DNA of 64,000 nt from Bacteroidota bacterium. Lineage in GTDB: Bacteria > Bacteroidota > Ignavibacteria > UBA10030 > BY39. The position numbers and the translations under genes are program-made. Under the pieces are notes generated by a model. That model was not told the origin of the DNA. It saw only the letters and a list, made by a program, of their open reading frames with translations, and did not search any database. Shown here in pieces: positions 1 through 11,024 of the stretch (position 1 is its first letter; each line of letters begins with the position of its first letter). The stretch covers positions 5,988 to 69,987 of the forward strand of contig JASEGV010000005.1 of NCBI GenBank assembly GCA_030017895.1. Direction: 5' to 3'.

Positions 1-563
1 TTGGAAAAACATTAATGTTTATCGGTCTCCCATTTTCAGTCTCGCTTTTTGTTTACGCTGATGAGATAATTCGACTTGTATATGGATCAGGTAACTTTAT
101 TGAGTCTATACCTATTTTACGTATATTTGCTTTTATTCTTTTTATAAGATTTGCTTCTGAGACTTTTGCTCTTATTCTTACAACATCCAAACAACAAACG
201 ATACGTATGTATATAGTTGTGGCAGTAACATTTATGAATTTTTTGTTGAATGCTTATGCGATTCCCAAGTATGGTATTCAAGGCGCTGCCCTAGTTTCTC
301 TTATTACAAATGCCGTCGCTGGTATATTATACATAATTGCGGTATCCGTTAAATCATTCGGGCCGATTTTCTTGTTCGGTATTCGCCAGATTCTTGTTAC
401 AGGTATCACTATCATTATGGTAATTTCTTTTATCGCATTAGGGATACATTCTCTTGTTCTAGGTTTAATAATCATGATGATCTCTTATGTATTGATCGTA
501 TATTTTATCGGATACTCAATTGAAGATAGGTCGCTGTTATTCGCATTCAAAAAAATAATTTAA
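1..563 (+). CDS. Wzx-type polysaccharide flippase, C-terminal part (starts before the window)
   Basis: Multi-TM protein with 'NFLLNAYAIPKYGIQGAALVS', a flippase C-terminal signature; the frame is open from the window edge. Confidence 0.85.
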   Translation, partial: GKTLMFIGLPFSVSLFVYADEIIRLVYGSGNFIESIPILRIFAFILFIRFASETFALILTTSKQQTIRMYIVVAVTFMNFLLNAYAIPKYGIQGAALVSLITNAVAGILYIIAVSVKSFGPIFLFGIRQILVTGITIIMVISFIALGIHSLVLGLIIMMISYVLIVYFIGYSIEDRSLLFAFKKII

Positions 564-588
564 GTTTTTAAAAAAGTATTACAACTTT

Positions 589-1254
589 ATGGTCAATATT
601 AATATTAAAAGTAAAATAAATCTATACGAAGCAAAATCTTCAGAGTACTATCAACGCCTAAATCCAGCGGTGGTTTCTCTCTTACAACCGGAAGAAAGAA
701 TGCTTGAAGTTGGGTGTGGCGATGGAACTTTAGGCAAAATATCGAGGGAAAAAAATCTTTTTCGCGAGATATACGGAATTGAAATCCATGCACCTTCGGC
801 AAAAATAGCAAAATCATGGTCCACCCAAATATTTACATCAGATATCGAAGGATTCGACCTGTCTAAAGTACCCGAAGTTAATGCCATCGTATGCGCTGAT
901 GTCTTAGAACATCTAATCGATCCTTGGTCATTACTTAATAAATTAACTCAAAAACTTCACAACAACGGATATATACTTCTTTCTATCCCAAACGCTCGCC
1001 ATATACGAGTTTGGGGTGGCTTAGTATTCAAGGGAAGATTTGACTATCAGACATCAGGAGTGCTTGATAAGGGACATCTACGTTTCTTTACTCTTGCAAA
1101 TTTAAAAGAATTATTTGAACTGAATAATTTATATATCGATCAAGTGGTTTGTAATGTGGCACCAAAGGGAAAACTTTTTAACTTGTTATCACTTGGATTA
1201 CTAAAGGAGTTTTTCACTTTTCAATATGTTTTTCGATTACGAAGGAAGAACTAG
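589..1254 (+). CDS. Class I SAM-dependent methyltransferase (polysaccharide locus)
   Basis: LEVGCGDG motif I; 'ADVLEHLIDPW'; 'LDKGHLRFFT'. Confidence 0.85.
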   Translation: MVNINIKSKINLYEAKSSEYYQRLNPAVVSLLQPEERMLEVGCGDGTLGKISREKNLFREIYGIEIHAPSAKIAKSWSTQIFTSDIEGFDLSKVPEVNAIVCADVLEHLIDPWSLLNKLTQKLHNNGYILLSIPNARHIRVWGGLVFKGRFDYQTSGVLDKGHLRFFTLANLKELFELNNLYIDQVVCNVAPKGKLFNLLSLGLLKEFFTFQYVFRLRRKN

Positions 1255-1256
1255 TA

Positions 1257-2201
1257 ATGCGAAAACCATTAGTTATTGCGATCATACTTAATTACATGCG
1301 GGCTAACGATACAATAGATTGTATAGATTCATTAAAGAAATCCTCATACTCCACTTTACATCTAATTGTTGTGGATAATGCGTCGACCGATGATTCTGTC
1401 GAACGCATACGCGCAGCGTATCCAGATATTGAGATTTTACGATCCAAAATAAATTTGGGGTATGCCGGTGGGATGAATTTAGGAATTCGTCATGCATTTA
1501 AATTTTCGCCCGAGTATCTTCTTATCATCAATAGCGACACAATTGCCGACAGCCATTATGTTAGCAAATTAGTTGACGCGCTTTTACAAAAGCCAAAGGC
1601 TGCGGCAGCAAGTGGTACTATTTATTACTATCCTGATACTTCGAAAATATGGTATGCGGGAGGTAAAATAAAATATTGGCGAGCTTCTGGGTTCACAAAT
1701 CGTTCATTTCTAGATGTAAATAATACGAGTTCTCAAGATATTCAAGATGTTACATTTATATCTGGTTGTGCATTCTTGATCAGAGTTTCAGCCATTCAAA
1801 CTATCGGTTTGTTTGATGAACGATTTTTTATGTATCTCGAAGATACTGAAATGTGTTCCCGGTTTGTTAATAATAATTTTGACCTTCTTTATGTACGTAA
1901 CGCTATACTTTTTCACAAAGTAAATCATGAGGGAGAACTTCCTTTTCCATTATATTTCAGCGTAAGAAATCGCTTGTTGTTTCTAAAACTTTCCGCGAGT
2001 GGTTTTTCAAAAACATTCGGATTTATTTATCTTTTTTGTGTGCTTGGGTTGAAAATAGTCTTATGGAGTTTTACTAAACCTTATTTAGTTATTGCCGCAA
2101 GGTTAGGAATAGCAGATTACTTTACCGGTCGGTTTTATAAAGGCAGGGGCTACCAGCTTTTAGATTCTCACAAAAGTACAAAACAAAACTTTAAGCAATA
2201 A
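1257..2201 (+). CDS. Glycosyltransferase family 2
   Basis: VVDNASTD, NLGYAGG, 'FDERFFMYLED' motifs. Confidence 0.9.
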   Translation: MRKPLVIAIILNYMRANDTIDCIDSLKKSSYSTLHLIVVDNASTDDSVERIRAAYPDIEILRSKINLGYAGGMNLGIRHAFKFSPEYLLIINSDTIADSHYVSKLVDALLQKPKAAAASGTIYYYPDTSKIWYAGGKIKYWRASGFTNRSFLDVNNTSSQDIQDVTFISGCAFLIRVSAIQTIGLFDERFFMYLEDTEMCSRFVNNNFDLLYVRNAILFHKVNHEGELPFPLYFSVRNRLLFLKLSASGFSKTFGFIYLFCVLGLKIVLWSFTKPYLVIAARLGIADYFTGRFYKGRGYQLLDSHKSTKQNFKQ

Positions 2202-3485
2202 ATGAGTATCGTATCAATATTTTGTTTCTTAGTTGCGGGTCTAATATTGATTAGTTATTTCCGTCGTGGGAGTGATGTTTTTTCCCCTGCGAAAGTGTTT
2301 TTGTTTGTTTGGGCGATTGCTATTGGCTTAACAGATCTTAAATTCAGCCGACTTCAACATCAATGGGAGAATTATGCCTGGCTTTGTTTATTCCTTAGTA
2401 TTGGGTCGTTCCTTCTAGGAATATTTATTGTACAAGTATTATTTACTCGCCTGAGTTTATATCCTGTAAGTACAATGCGTAAAATTATTCTGAATGAAAA
2501 GATAAACCATGTAATGCTATATCGCTTAATTACAGGATTATTTTTACTATATGTAATAGTCTATATCGTGGAGTGGGTTTCATATGGCACCCTACCACTA
2601 TTTGCCGCTTTCCCCGATCGAGCAAGAAGTGAAATACCGATTACCGGACTTCACCTTTTTATTGGAGCTATGCCAATTATTTTGTTTCTCGTTCTTGAGT
2701 ATTACATTTTAGTCCGCGCTCATTATAAAAATAAAATCATCCTTGCAATATATTTTATTATTACGTTACTAAGTTACCTTTTCTTTCTTAATAGACTTTA
2801 TTATGTATTATTTTTTATTATGGCATTAGGATTTATGTATTATGCCAGCAGGCATGTTCGGATTAGAAATATCTTAATCTCTGCTACAATCCTATTCGGT
2901 TTAATGGTATTCCTTCAATATTTTCGGGAAACAAGATATGTAGAAAACTTTTTGTATGTCGTTTCTGAAATGAAATATACATCGGAATATGCTGTTTTTA
3001 CAGGACCATATATGTACATTGTAATGAATTTGGAGAATTTTGCACGAGCTGTCGTTCGTTTAGAAAATTTTACCTATGGATATTTTAGTTTCGATTTTTT
3101 AATGGCGCTGTCTGGATTGAAACATTGGCTTTCGTCCTATTTCGGATTGCATGAGAGAGTTTTTCTTGTCAGCGGCTATAATACCTTTCCATTTTTTTGG
3201 GATTATTACTATGATTTTGGATTAATAGGCTTGTCTTTTTTATCCTGTTTACTAGGAGTCTTTACCAGCTTATTGCATAAATATATGAGACATAAACCAT
3301 CAATTGTATCAATTTCGATGTATTCAATGATGTTGTTTGTTGTTATATTTTCATTCTTCACAAATGCTTTGACATCCCTGAATTTTGTTTTCAATTTCGT
3401 CCTCTTATTTGTATCCCAAAAATTGATCGAAAGAAAACAAATTACAGACTTACACATATTTTCTGATGGTTGTAGAAATGATTGA
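2202..3485 (+). CDS. Wzy-type O-antigen/oligosaccharide repeat-unit polymerase
   Basis: About 11 TM segments; 'YNTFPFFWDYYYDFGLIG' loop typical of Wzy; located among glycosyltransferases. Confidence 0.8.
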   Translation: MSIVSIFCFLVAGLILISYFRRGSDVFSPAKVFLFVWAIAIGLTDLKFSRLQHQWENYAWLCLFLSIGSFLLGIFIVQVLFTRLSLYPVSTMRKIILNEKINHVMLYRLITGLFLLYVIVYIVEWVSYGTLPLFAAFPDRARSEIPITGLHLFIGAMPIILFLVLEYYILVRAHYKNKIILAIYFIITLLSYLFFLNRLYYVLFFIMALGFMYYASRHVRIRNILISATILFGLMVFLQYFRETRYVENFLYVVSEMKYTSEYAVFTGPYMYIVMNLENFARAVVRLENFTYGYFSFDFLMALSGLKHWLSSYFGLHERVFLVSGYNTFPFFWDYYYDFGLIGLSFLSCLLGVFTSLLHKYMRHKPSIVSISMYSMMLFVVIFSFFTNALTSLNFVFNFVLLFVSQKLIERKQITDLHIFSDGCRND

Positions 3486-4560
3486 TGTATTGATTGATAG
3501 TGGTAATGCCCCACACCATACAGGAATCGGAACATATCACACGGGCTTAGTAAATGCTCTAAATAATTACGGGCAGCATGAGATCAACATTAAAGAAAGT
3601 ACTATAACTTCTACTTCTCGGAAACTGCGTTCTATTAGGAGACTTAATTACTTATGGAAATTAAACCAACTATCTAAGCAAGTTTTTGGCAATACAGATA
3701 TTGTTCACTTTACAAATGTGTACGTACCAAAAAACATTGAGAAGACTCCATTTGTAAGTACCATTCACGATATTGATGCTCTTATCTATCCCTCGACATA
3801 TTCTTTCGCTTATAGGTTATACTTTAAACGCATAATTGCATTGACATTCAGACGCGCGGAAATTATTCTAACAGTATCTGAAGCAGTTAAACAATCGATA
3901 TTAAACAGATACGATTTTCCTGACAATAAAATCAGACCGATAGGAATAGGTTTATCAGAAGAATTTATCGGTGCAGCCGATTCAACAGAATCGATTTTAC
4001 ATTCCGAAATACCTACGTTACTTTTCGTCGGGAGTTTATCTGTTAAAAAAAATACAGAATGGCTCATAAAGAACACCGTTAAAGGAGTTAAATCAGGCGC
4101 TCTTCCTCGACTAAAGTTGATACTAGCAGGCTCAGCCGGTTTCGGTTTCGACTCAATAGCATCAGAGATGAAAGATGCAGGGGATATTGTAAATTGGGTG
4201 AAGAATCCAAATCTTAATGAACTGGCAAAACTCTACAAACAATCCACTATTTTTGTTTTCCCATCTAGAACAGAAGGCTTTGGCATTCCACTGATAGAAG
4301 CGATGTACTGCAAAAAACCAATAGTAGCTAGTCGAATTCCTGCAAGCGTAGAAATTGCATCAAACGCCGCTTACTTTTTTGATTTAGACGATGTCGATAA
4401 TTTTTATTCCGCAATTAAGTGTGCATTGGAAGATAGGAATTACGAATTAAGAAATAAATCCGCAGCCGAACAGTTAAATAAATATTCATGGAAGAATCTT
4501 GTGCCACTGTATATAGCTGCTTACAAGGAAGCAATATGGAATCACAAAAAAGAAAAATAA
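3478..4560 (+). CDS. Glycosyltransferase family 4 (GT-B)
   Basis: TIHD and 'FPSRTEGFGIPLIEAM' motifs; ATG at 3478 overlaps the wzy 3' end. Confidence 0.9.
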   Translation: MIDVLIDSGNAPHHTGIGTYHTGLVNALNNYGQHEINIKESTITSTSRKLRSIRRLNYLWKLNQLSKQVFGNTDIVHFTNVYVPKNIEKTPFVSTIHDIDALIYPSTYSFAYRLYFKRIIALTFRRAEIILTVSEAVKQSILNRYDFPDNKIRPIGIGLSEEFIGAADSTESILHSEIPTLLFVGSLSVKKNTEWLIKNTVKGVKSGALPRLKLILAGSAGFGFDSIASEMKDAGDIVNWVKNPNLNELAKLYKQSTIFVFPSRTEGFGIPLIEAMYCKKPIVASRIPASVEIASNAAYFFDLDDVDNFYSAIKCALEDRNYELRNKSAAEQLNKYSWKNLVPLYIAAYKEAIWNHKKEK

Positions 4561-5708
4561 AGGTCCTTCATATCATAACTCTTTTCAGCGTCGGAGGAGC
4601 AACTGAGACGGTCGTCTCAATTGCAAAGGGACTAAAAGATAAAGGGTATGATGTTACTATTATTTCGGGTTCTCACATCTCGTCTGAGGGAAATATGCTA
4701 CCCATTGCAAAAGAATTTGGTCTGAATGTTACAATCATTCCAGACTTAAAAAGAAACATACATCCAATATACGACCTAAAATCTTTATTCCATATTAAAA
4801 AAATAATTAAAGAAGGAAATTTTGATATTGTCCAAACTCATAGTTCGAAAGCCGGTATAATTGGCAGATTTGCCGCAAGATTAGCGGGTGTAAAGCACAT
4901 TGTACATACAATTCACGGGCTACCGTTCCATTCTTATCAAAATTCAATTATCAGATGGTTGTATATTTTTATAGAAAAACTATCAGCAAAAATAACATCA
5001 GTCCTCGTGGCAGTTTCTAACCAGATAGTTAAGGAGTCACTGCATTATAAAGTTGGAAAAAATGAACAATTCGTTGTTATAAGAAGCGGGTTTAACACCG
5101 ATGATTATCGAGTAAATCCTGAAACCTCTGATAAATACCGAAAGATGTTAGGATTTAAGAGGGATGATTTCGTTATTGGAAAAATCTCAAGATTATCAAA
5201 ACTTAAAGGTCATTCTATCCTAATACAAGTCTTACCCAATATCATCAAGGAATTTCCTCAAGTTAAAATTATGTTCGTTGGCGACGGCGAAATGATGAAC
5301 GAGCTAGTTACGAAGGTTAAAGGGCTAGGCATAAACGAACATGTGATTTTTACTGGCGCTGTTCCTCCCTCAGCTATTCCTGATTATTTATCGGCTATGG
5401 ATGCAGTGATTCACACTTCGCTTCATGAAGGTTTGCCAAGAGTAATTCCACAGGCATTATTAATGAGAAAACCTGTGATAACTTATAACTTAGATGGCGC
5501 ACCCGAAATAATTATTGATGACTATAATGGTTTATTGATTCCTCCATTAAATGACGAATTACTCCAAAATTCAATCAAAAAACTGATTAAAGAGTATCCT
5601 AAATTTTATAATAATTGCGTTGATAATGAAGAACCTATCCGCAGAGAATTTGACGAAATGAAGACCGTTACCGATATTTGTAAACTTTACGATAATCTTT
5701 TATCTTAA
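4536..5708 (+). CDS. Glycosyltransferase family 4
   Basis: 'VGGATE', 'HSSKAG', 'HTIHG', 'SLHEGLPRVIPQA'; likely start is the ATG at 4536. Confidence 0.9.
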   Translation: MESQKRKIKVLHIITLFSVGGATETVVSIAKGLKDKGYDVTIISGSHISSEGNMLPIAKEFGLNVTIIPDLKRNIHPIYDLKSLFHIKKIIKEGNFDIVQTHSSKAGIIGRFAARLAGVKHIVHTIHGLPFHSYQNSIIRWLYIFIEKLSAKITSVLVAVSNQIVKESLHYKVGKNEQFVVIRSGFNTDDYRVNPETSDKYRKMLGFKRDDFVIGKISRLSKLKGHSILIQVLPNIIKEFPQVKIMFVGDGEMMNELVTKVKGLGINEHVIFTGAVPPSAIPDYLSAMDAVIHTSLHEGLPRVIPQALLMRKPVITYNLDGAPEIIIDDYNGLLIPPLNDELLQNSIKKLIKEYPKFYNNCVDNEEPIRREFDEMKTVTDICKLYDNLLS

Positions 5709-5716
5709 TACTAATT

Positions 5717-7120
5717 ATGCAAGGTAGATTTTCAAAAGAAAAATACTTTTTATTACTGATAGACTTCTTTGCTATTAATCTAGCGTGGTTTGCTTATTAT
5801 TTGTTCAGAATTCGAAGTGGCTGGGTATCATATGCCGTAGAACCCGATTTATGGCTGCCAATGATTATCATTTGGGTATATTGGCTAATCGTTTTATTCT
5901 TCTTTGGATTGTACCGCCCTTGGTACGCTCAATCCCGCCTCGATGAATTTATTGCTCTCGCTAAAGCTTCTGTTTTCGGTACCTTATTCTTGTTCTTCAT
6001 CATATTCATGGACGACCAGAGTGTTGGCTCTCCCATGCACTCGCGCTTTCTGATATTAATCTACTGGTCTTTACTTTTAGGGTGTACTTCCACCGGCAGA
6101 TTACTCTATCATACCTTCCAACGGAGTCTGCTATTACGCGGTATCGGATTAAATAACACTGTTATTGTCGGGTGGAATAACAAAGCAATAGAATTATTCG
6201 ACAGGATACAGCAGTATCCGGCTTTAGGACATAGTATCATAGGGTTTGTTTCAACTGAAGACGAAATTGTGAGTGCGAGCCATAAAGGAGTACAAGTTTT
6301 CGGATCGGTAAAAGACCTCCCCGCTATCAACGAGCGCAACAAGGTAAAGGATGTTCTTATCGCGCTTGATTCAACCGAGCACGATAAATTGTTGAATGTA
6401 ATCGCTGCGTGCAACGGTAACGATGTTAGAATTAAAATAATACCCGACTTATACGATATTATAAGCGGACAAGCACGAACAAACCAAATTTACGGCTTCC
6501 CGTTAATTGAAATCTCTACAGAGTTAATGCAGCCGTGGGAACACGCTGTTAAGAGACTAATAGATATTTGTGTATCATTTTTAATACTTTTTCTTGGCTT
6601 ACCGATTTGGATTCTTTTAGCTATTGCGATTAAACTTGAATCAAAAGGACCGATATTTTATACTCAGGCACGTGTAGGAAAAGATGAAAAATTATTCAAG
6701 ATAATTAAGTTCCGTTCGATGGTCGAAGATGCCGAGCATAAATCAGGACCTGTGTGGGCGAACAAGGATGACGCCAGAGTTACACGCGTAGGAAAATTTT
6801 TACGCAAACTGAGGTTGGACGAAATTCCTCAATTTATCAATGTTTTAGATGGCAACATGAGTCTAATCGGTCCGAGACCGGAGCGGCCTTTTTTTGTAGA
6901 ACAACTCACAAAGGAAATACCCCTTTATAAAAGGCGGCTGAAAATACGACCCGGTATCACAGGTTGGGCACAGGTAAAGCATAAATACGATGAAAACATC
7001 GACGATGTGAAAAAGAAAGTACAGTACGATTTATTTTATATAGAGAACATGTCGCTTAGGATGGATTTTAAAATACTTTTCCATACCTTAGCGGTGGTTT
7101 TCTTAGGTAAAGGACATTGA
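5717..7120 (+). CDS. Polyprenyl-phosphate glycosylphosphotransferase (WcaJ/WbaP-like initiating transferase)
   Basis: N-terminal TMs, CoA-binding-like domain, KFRSM, 'LDEIPQ', 'GPRPE', 'PGITGWAQV'. Confidence 0.92.
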   Translation: MQGRFSKEKYFLLLIDFFAINLAWFAYYLFRIRSGWVSYAVEPDLWLPMIIIWVYWLIVLFFFGLYRPWYAQSRLDEFIALAKASVFGTLFLFFIIFMDDQSVGSPMHSRFLILIYWSLLLGCTSTGRLLYHTFQRSLLLRGIGLNNTVIVGWNNKAIELFDRIQQYPALGHSIIGFVSTEDEIVSASHKGVQVFGSVKDLPAINERNKVKDVLIALDSTEHDKLLNVIAACNGNDVRIKIIPDLYDIISGQARTNQIYGFPLIEISTELMQPWEHAVKRLIDICVSFLILFLGLPIWILLAIAIKLESKGPIFYTQARVGKDEKLFKIIKFRSMVEDAEHKSGPVWANKDDARVTRVGKFLRKLRLDEIPQFINVLDGNMSLIGPRPERPFFVEQLTKEIPLYKRRLKIRPGITGWAQVKHKYDENIDDVKKKVQYDLFYIENMSLRMDFKILFHTLAVVFLGKGH

Positions 7121-7208
7121 ACAATTAAAAATTCAAAAGTAAAATTTTAAAAATATAAATCTGAAATATATTTAAATTATCCATTATCAATAATTAGAAT
7201 TAAACAAT

Positions 7209-8315
7209 ATGAACTTACAACTTGTTGACTTAGTCACACAATACAAAAAAATTAAACCCGAAATTGATGCAGCGATTCACTCTGTACTCGATACCGGCCA
7301 CTTCATACTTGGCAAAACGGTTTCAGACTTCGAGTCCAATACCGCAAAATATTTAGGAGTGAAACATGCTATAGGATGCGCCTCAGGTACCGATGCGTTA
7401 CAGGTCGCCCTAATGGCTCTTAACATCGGTCCCGGAGACGAAGTAATAACAACTTCCTTCACATTTGTTGCCACTGTGGAAACCATTGCCCTACTCGGGG
7501 CAAAACCTGTTTATGTCGATATTGAGTCAGATACATTCAATATCAACCCGGTAAAAATCGAAGCTGCGATTACAAAAAATACAAAAGCCATTATTCCCGT
7601 CCACCTTTATGGGCATTCAGTCGACATGGACCCGCTATTACAAATTACCAAAAAATATGGTTTACATATAATTGAAGATACCGCACAGGCAATGGGTACA
7701 GACTATAAAGGCAAGAAAGTTGGCACAATCGGCGATATCGGCTCTATTAGTTTCTTCCCAAGCAAAAACTTAGGTGCATACGGAGATGCTGGAATGGTTG
7801 TAACAAACGACGACCAGCTTGCGGATAAATTAAGAATGATTATTTTACACGGTTCTAAAGTACGTTACTATCACGAAATTTTAGGTGTGAACAGCCGGCT
7901 CGATTCTATACAAGCTGCTGTATTAAATGTGAAGCTAAAATATTTGGACGAGTGGAACGACGCTCGCCGTAAAGCAGCCGGAATTTATAATAAACTTTTC
8001 GAGAACACACCGGCAATTACACCCAAAGTGAAAGACTATACTAAACATATTTTCCATCAATACACGCTACGCGTTCCGCAGCGGGACAAGCTAGCAGAAC
8101 ATTTAAAATCGAAAGGAATACCGCACGCCATTTATTATCCTGTTCCTCTTCACAAACAGCAAGCATACATTAACCTTGTATCGCCCGATATAAAATTACC
8201 GGTTACTGAACAGATGACGAACGAAGTAATTTCACTTCCAATGCACACTGAACTTACTTTCGAAATGCAGGATTACATCGCCAGCGAAGTTAAAAATTTT
8301 TTAAAAACAATCTAA
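7209..8315 (+). CDS. DegT/DnrJ/EryC1/StrS PLP-dependent sugar aminotransferase
   Basis: SGTDAL, 'IEDTAQA', 'SFFPSKNLGAYGDAG' (PLP lysine). Confidence 0.93.
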   Translation: MNLQLVDLVTQYKKIKPEIDAAIHSVLDTGHFILGKTVSDFESNTAKYLGVKHAIGCASGTDALQVALMALNIGPGDEVITTSFTFVATVETIALLGAKPVYVDIESDTFNINPVKIEAAITKNTKAIIPVHLYGHSVDMDPLLQITKKYGLHIIEDTAQAMGTDYKGKKVGTIGDIGSISFFPSKNLGAYGDAGMVVTNDDQLADKLRMIILHGSKVRYYHEILGVNSRLDSIQAAVLNVKLKYLDEWNDARRKAAGIYNKLFENTPAITPKVKDYTKHIFHQYTLRVPQRDKLAEHLKSKGIPHAIYYPVPLHKQQAYINLVSPDIKLPVTEQMTNEVISLPMHTELTFEMQDYIASEVKNFLKTI

Positions 8316-8335
8316 TAACTATTTGAAATTAGTTT

Positions 8336-9052
8336 ATGTCAAAAACATTAGTCATAACACCAACTTATAACGAAGCCGAAAACGTCGAACGGCTAATTAA
8401 TACAGTCTTATCTCAAGACTCCGAAGTCGAGATGCTGATTGTTGACGACAACTCTCCAGACGGCACTGCAGCGATAGTTGAAAAGATGCAACAGAATAAT
8501 TCTAAAATACATTTGATAAAACGGGCAGGCAAGATGGGACTCGGAACTGCCTACGTTGCAGGTTTCAAATTTGCAATCGAAAAGAAATTCGATTACGTAA
8601 TGGAGATGGATGCCGATTTTTCGCATGACCCGAACGAAATTCCCAACTTTCTAAGAAAGATAAAGGACTTTGATGTGGTATTGGGTTCCCGATACATAGA
8701 TGGTGTTAGAATTTTAAACTGGCCCATACGAAGATTGATATTATCCTATGGTGCAAGTTTATATACACGAATCATCACCGGTATGTCGATTAAAGACACC
8801 ACAGGTGGGTTCAAGTGTTTTCGTCGAAAAGTTTTGGAAACAATAAATTTGGACGCAATCCACTCGAATGGTTATGCTTTCCAGATCGAAATGAATTTCA
8901 AATCTTGGAAAAAGGGATTTAAAATTGTAGAGCACCCGATTATTTTTGTAGATCGAACGCACGGTTCTTCTAAAATGTCCAAAAATATTATTTACGAAGC
9001 AGTATTTTTAGTTTGGAAACTAAAATTACAAAGTTTGCTTGGCAAAATTTAA
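8336..9052 (+). CDS. Polyprenol monophosphomannose synthase-like GT2 (Dpm1/Ppm1 family)
   Basis: PTYNE, VDDNSPDGT, 'MDADFSH', GSRY, 'DTTGGFKC'. Confidence 0.9.
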   Translation: MSKTLVITPTYNEAENVERLINTVLSQDSEVEMLIVDDNSPDGTAAIVEKMQQNNSKIHLIKRAGKMGLGTAYVAGFKFAIEKKFDYVMEMDADFSHDPNEIPNFLRKIKDFDVVLGSRYIDGVRILNWPIRRLILSYGASLYTRIITGMSIKDTTGGFKCFRRKVLETINLDAIHSNGYAFQIEMNFKSWKKGFKIVEHPIIFVDRTHGSSKMSKNIIYEAVFLVWKLKLQSLLGKI

Positions 9053-9054
9053 TA

Positions 9055-11016
9055 ATGCAACTCTCAGTAATAATAGTAAACTATAATGTTCGTTCTTTTT
9101 TAGAGAACGCACTGCTGTCAATCCAAAAAGCGATGCGGAACATCGAAGGGGAAATCTTCGTTGTCGACAATGCTTCGGATGATGGCAGCGTTGAGTTAAT
9201 TCAAGCAAAATTTCCCTATGTCAAACTTATCGTAAATCAAACTAATTTAGGATTTGCCGCTGCCAACAACATTGCATTATCTCAATCTTCAGGTAAATAT
9301 ATACTGTTGATAAATCCCGACACGATTGTTCAAGAAGATACACTCACTTCGCTAATCGAATATCTCGAAAACAATCCTCAAATCGGGCTTGCCGGATGTA
9401 AAATCCTGAATCCTGATGGCAGCTTGCAACTTGCCTGCCGGCGCAGCATACCTACACCTTGGTCGGCGTTTACTAAAGTTTCAGGTTTAAGTGCTTTATT
9501 CCCTAACACTAAACTATTTGGTAAATATAATTTAACTTATTTAAACCCGAATGAAACTTATGAGGTAGAAGCGGTCAGCGGTTCGTTTATGTTTTTACGG
9601 CGTGATGTTTACGAACAAGTGGGCAAACTCGATGAATCGTATTTTATGTATGGCGAAGACCTCGATTGGTGTTATCGAATCTTCAAAGCAGGTTGGAAAG
9701 TTTTGTACTATCACAAAACTCAAATTATCCATTACAAAGGCGAGAGCACAAAACAGAGCAGCCTTGACGACATTAAAATGTTTTACAATGCTATGCACAT
9801 TTTTGTCAGAAAACATCTCAAACACTCCACTCTCATTCTTTTCATATTACACTTGGCAATCGTATTTCGTTCGTGGTTAGCGTCATTCTCCAGACTTATC
9901 AAATCTTCGATTATACCTTTAACAGATTGTGTTTTAATTAACGTTTCTATCGTTTTAGGTTTTTATTTTCGTTTCGGTAAAACTGTAAATATACCCGACT
10001 ATGCTTTTTTGCCTATGGCTTTAATACCGGCATTGGCTGTTGTTACTACCAATTACTTTTCTGGCGGATACAACAAACATAAACACTCAATCACACGGAT
10101 AATTCTTTCTGTAATTATTGGGTTCACAATTATTTCGGCACTCACATATTTTTTCAAACAGTTCGCGTTTAGTCGAATTGTTGTTATTTATTCTGCTGTG
10201 ATTTCAGTAGGATTACTTTCGATGTGGAGATTGATAATTAAGATATTTTTGCGGTATAGTAAAATTGGTCAGAGTGGTTTTGGGGGAAGAAGAACTTTGA
10301 TAGTAGGCACATCTGCAAATGCCCGGCACCTTTTGCAAAAACTTCGTTTACCGATGCGGTATGATTATAATGTTGTAGGATTTATTGACTTGAATCGAAA
10401 ACAAATCGGTAATAATATAGATGGCATTGATATTATCGGAAGTGTGAGTACTATCGGTAAAATAATTGAAAGATACAAAATCAGCGATGTGCTCTTTTCG
10501 ACCGATGAGTTATCGTATAAAAATATATTATCCGTTATCGGTCGCTCAAAAAGACGTAAAGTAAATTATCGAATGGTACCAAATAGTTTAGAAGTAATCA
10601 TCGGCAAAACACATATCGATAATCTGAACGACCTGCCGTTAATCGAAATCGACTACAAGTTAGATTCTAAAATATATCAAATTACGAAGCGTGTTTTCGA
10701 TATAGTGATAGCGTCGGTAATGTTTGTTATCTTCTTTCCATTCAAGAAGGCAATTAAGCAAAAATTTTATTATAATTTACTACCGGAAGTTATATCCGGT
10801 AAATATAGTTTGGTCGGATCTCCGATAGATAATGTTGTTAACGAAATTACACTGTTAAAACCCGGATTAACTGGATTAGCTCAGATTGAACAGAAATCTT
10901 TCTTGAACGCAAATGATGTCGATAAATACACTATATTTTATTTAAAAAATTATTCTGTACTACTTGATACTGAAATATTAATTAAGTGGTTCTTTAATAC
11001 AATCAGAAATAAATAG
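9055..11016 (+). CDS. GT2 fused to TM, CoA-binding-like and degenerate sugar-transferase domains
   Basis: N-terminal GT2 (VDNASDD, '[11 protein letters not shown]'); C-terminal 'KRVFDI...SLVG...KPGLTGLAQ' lacking KFRSM and DE-PQ; ATG at 9055. Confidence 0.85.
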   Translation: MQLSVIIVNYNVRSFLENALLSIQKAMRNIEGEIFVVDNASDDGSVELIQAKFPYVKLIVNQTNLGFAAANNIALSQSSGKYILLINPDTIVQEDTLTSLIEYLENNPQIGLAGCKILNPDGSLQLACRRSIPTPWSAFTKVSGLSALFPNTKLFGKYNLTYLNPNETYEVEAVSGSFMFLRRDVYEQVGKLDESYFMYGEDLDWCYRIFKAGWKVLYYHKTQIIHYKGESTKQSSLDDIKMFYNAMHIFVRKHLKHSTLILFILHLAIVFRSWLASFSRLIKSSIIPLTDCVLINVSIVLGFYFRFGKTVNIPDYAFLPMALIPALAVVTTNYFSGGYNKHKHSITRIILSVIIGFTIISALTYFFKQFAFSRIVVIYSAVISVGLLSMWRLIIKIFLRYSKIGQSGFGGRRTLIVGTSANARHLLQKLRLPMRYDYNVVGFIDLNRKQIGNNIDGIDIIGSVSTIGKIIERYKISDVLFSTDELSYKNILSVIGRSKRRKVNYRMVPNSLEVIIGKTHIDNLNDLPLIEIDYKLDSKIYQITKRVFDIVIASVMFVIFFPFKKAIKQKFYYNLLPEVISGKYSLVGSPIDNVVNEITLLKPGLTGLAQIEQKSFLNANDVDKYTIFYLKNYSVLLDTEILIKWFFNTIRNK

Positions 11017-11024
11017 AGGTACCT

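Noticed and set aside
7121..7208. A-rich short-period repeats between the transferase and aminotransferase genes (similar at ~59755-59800)
   Set aside because: Too degenerate to distinguish from AT-rich intergenic background
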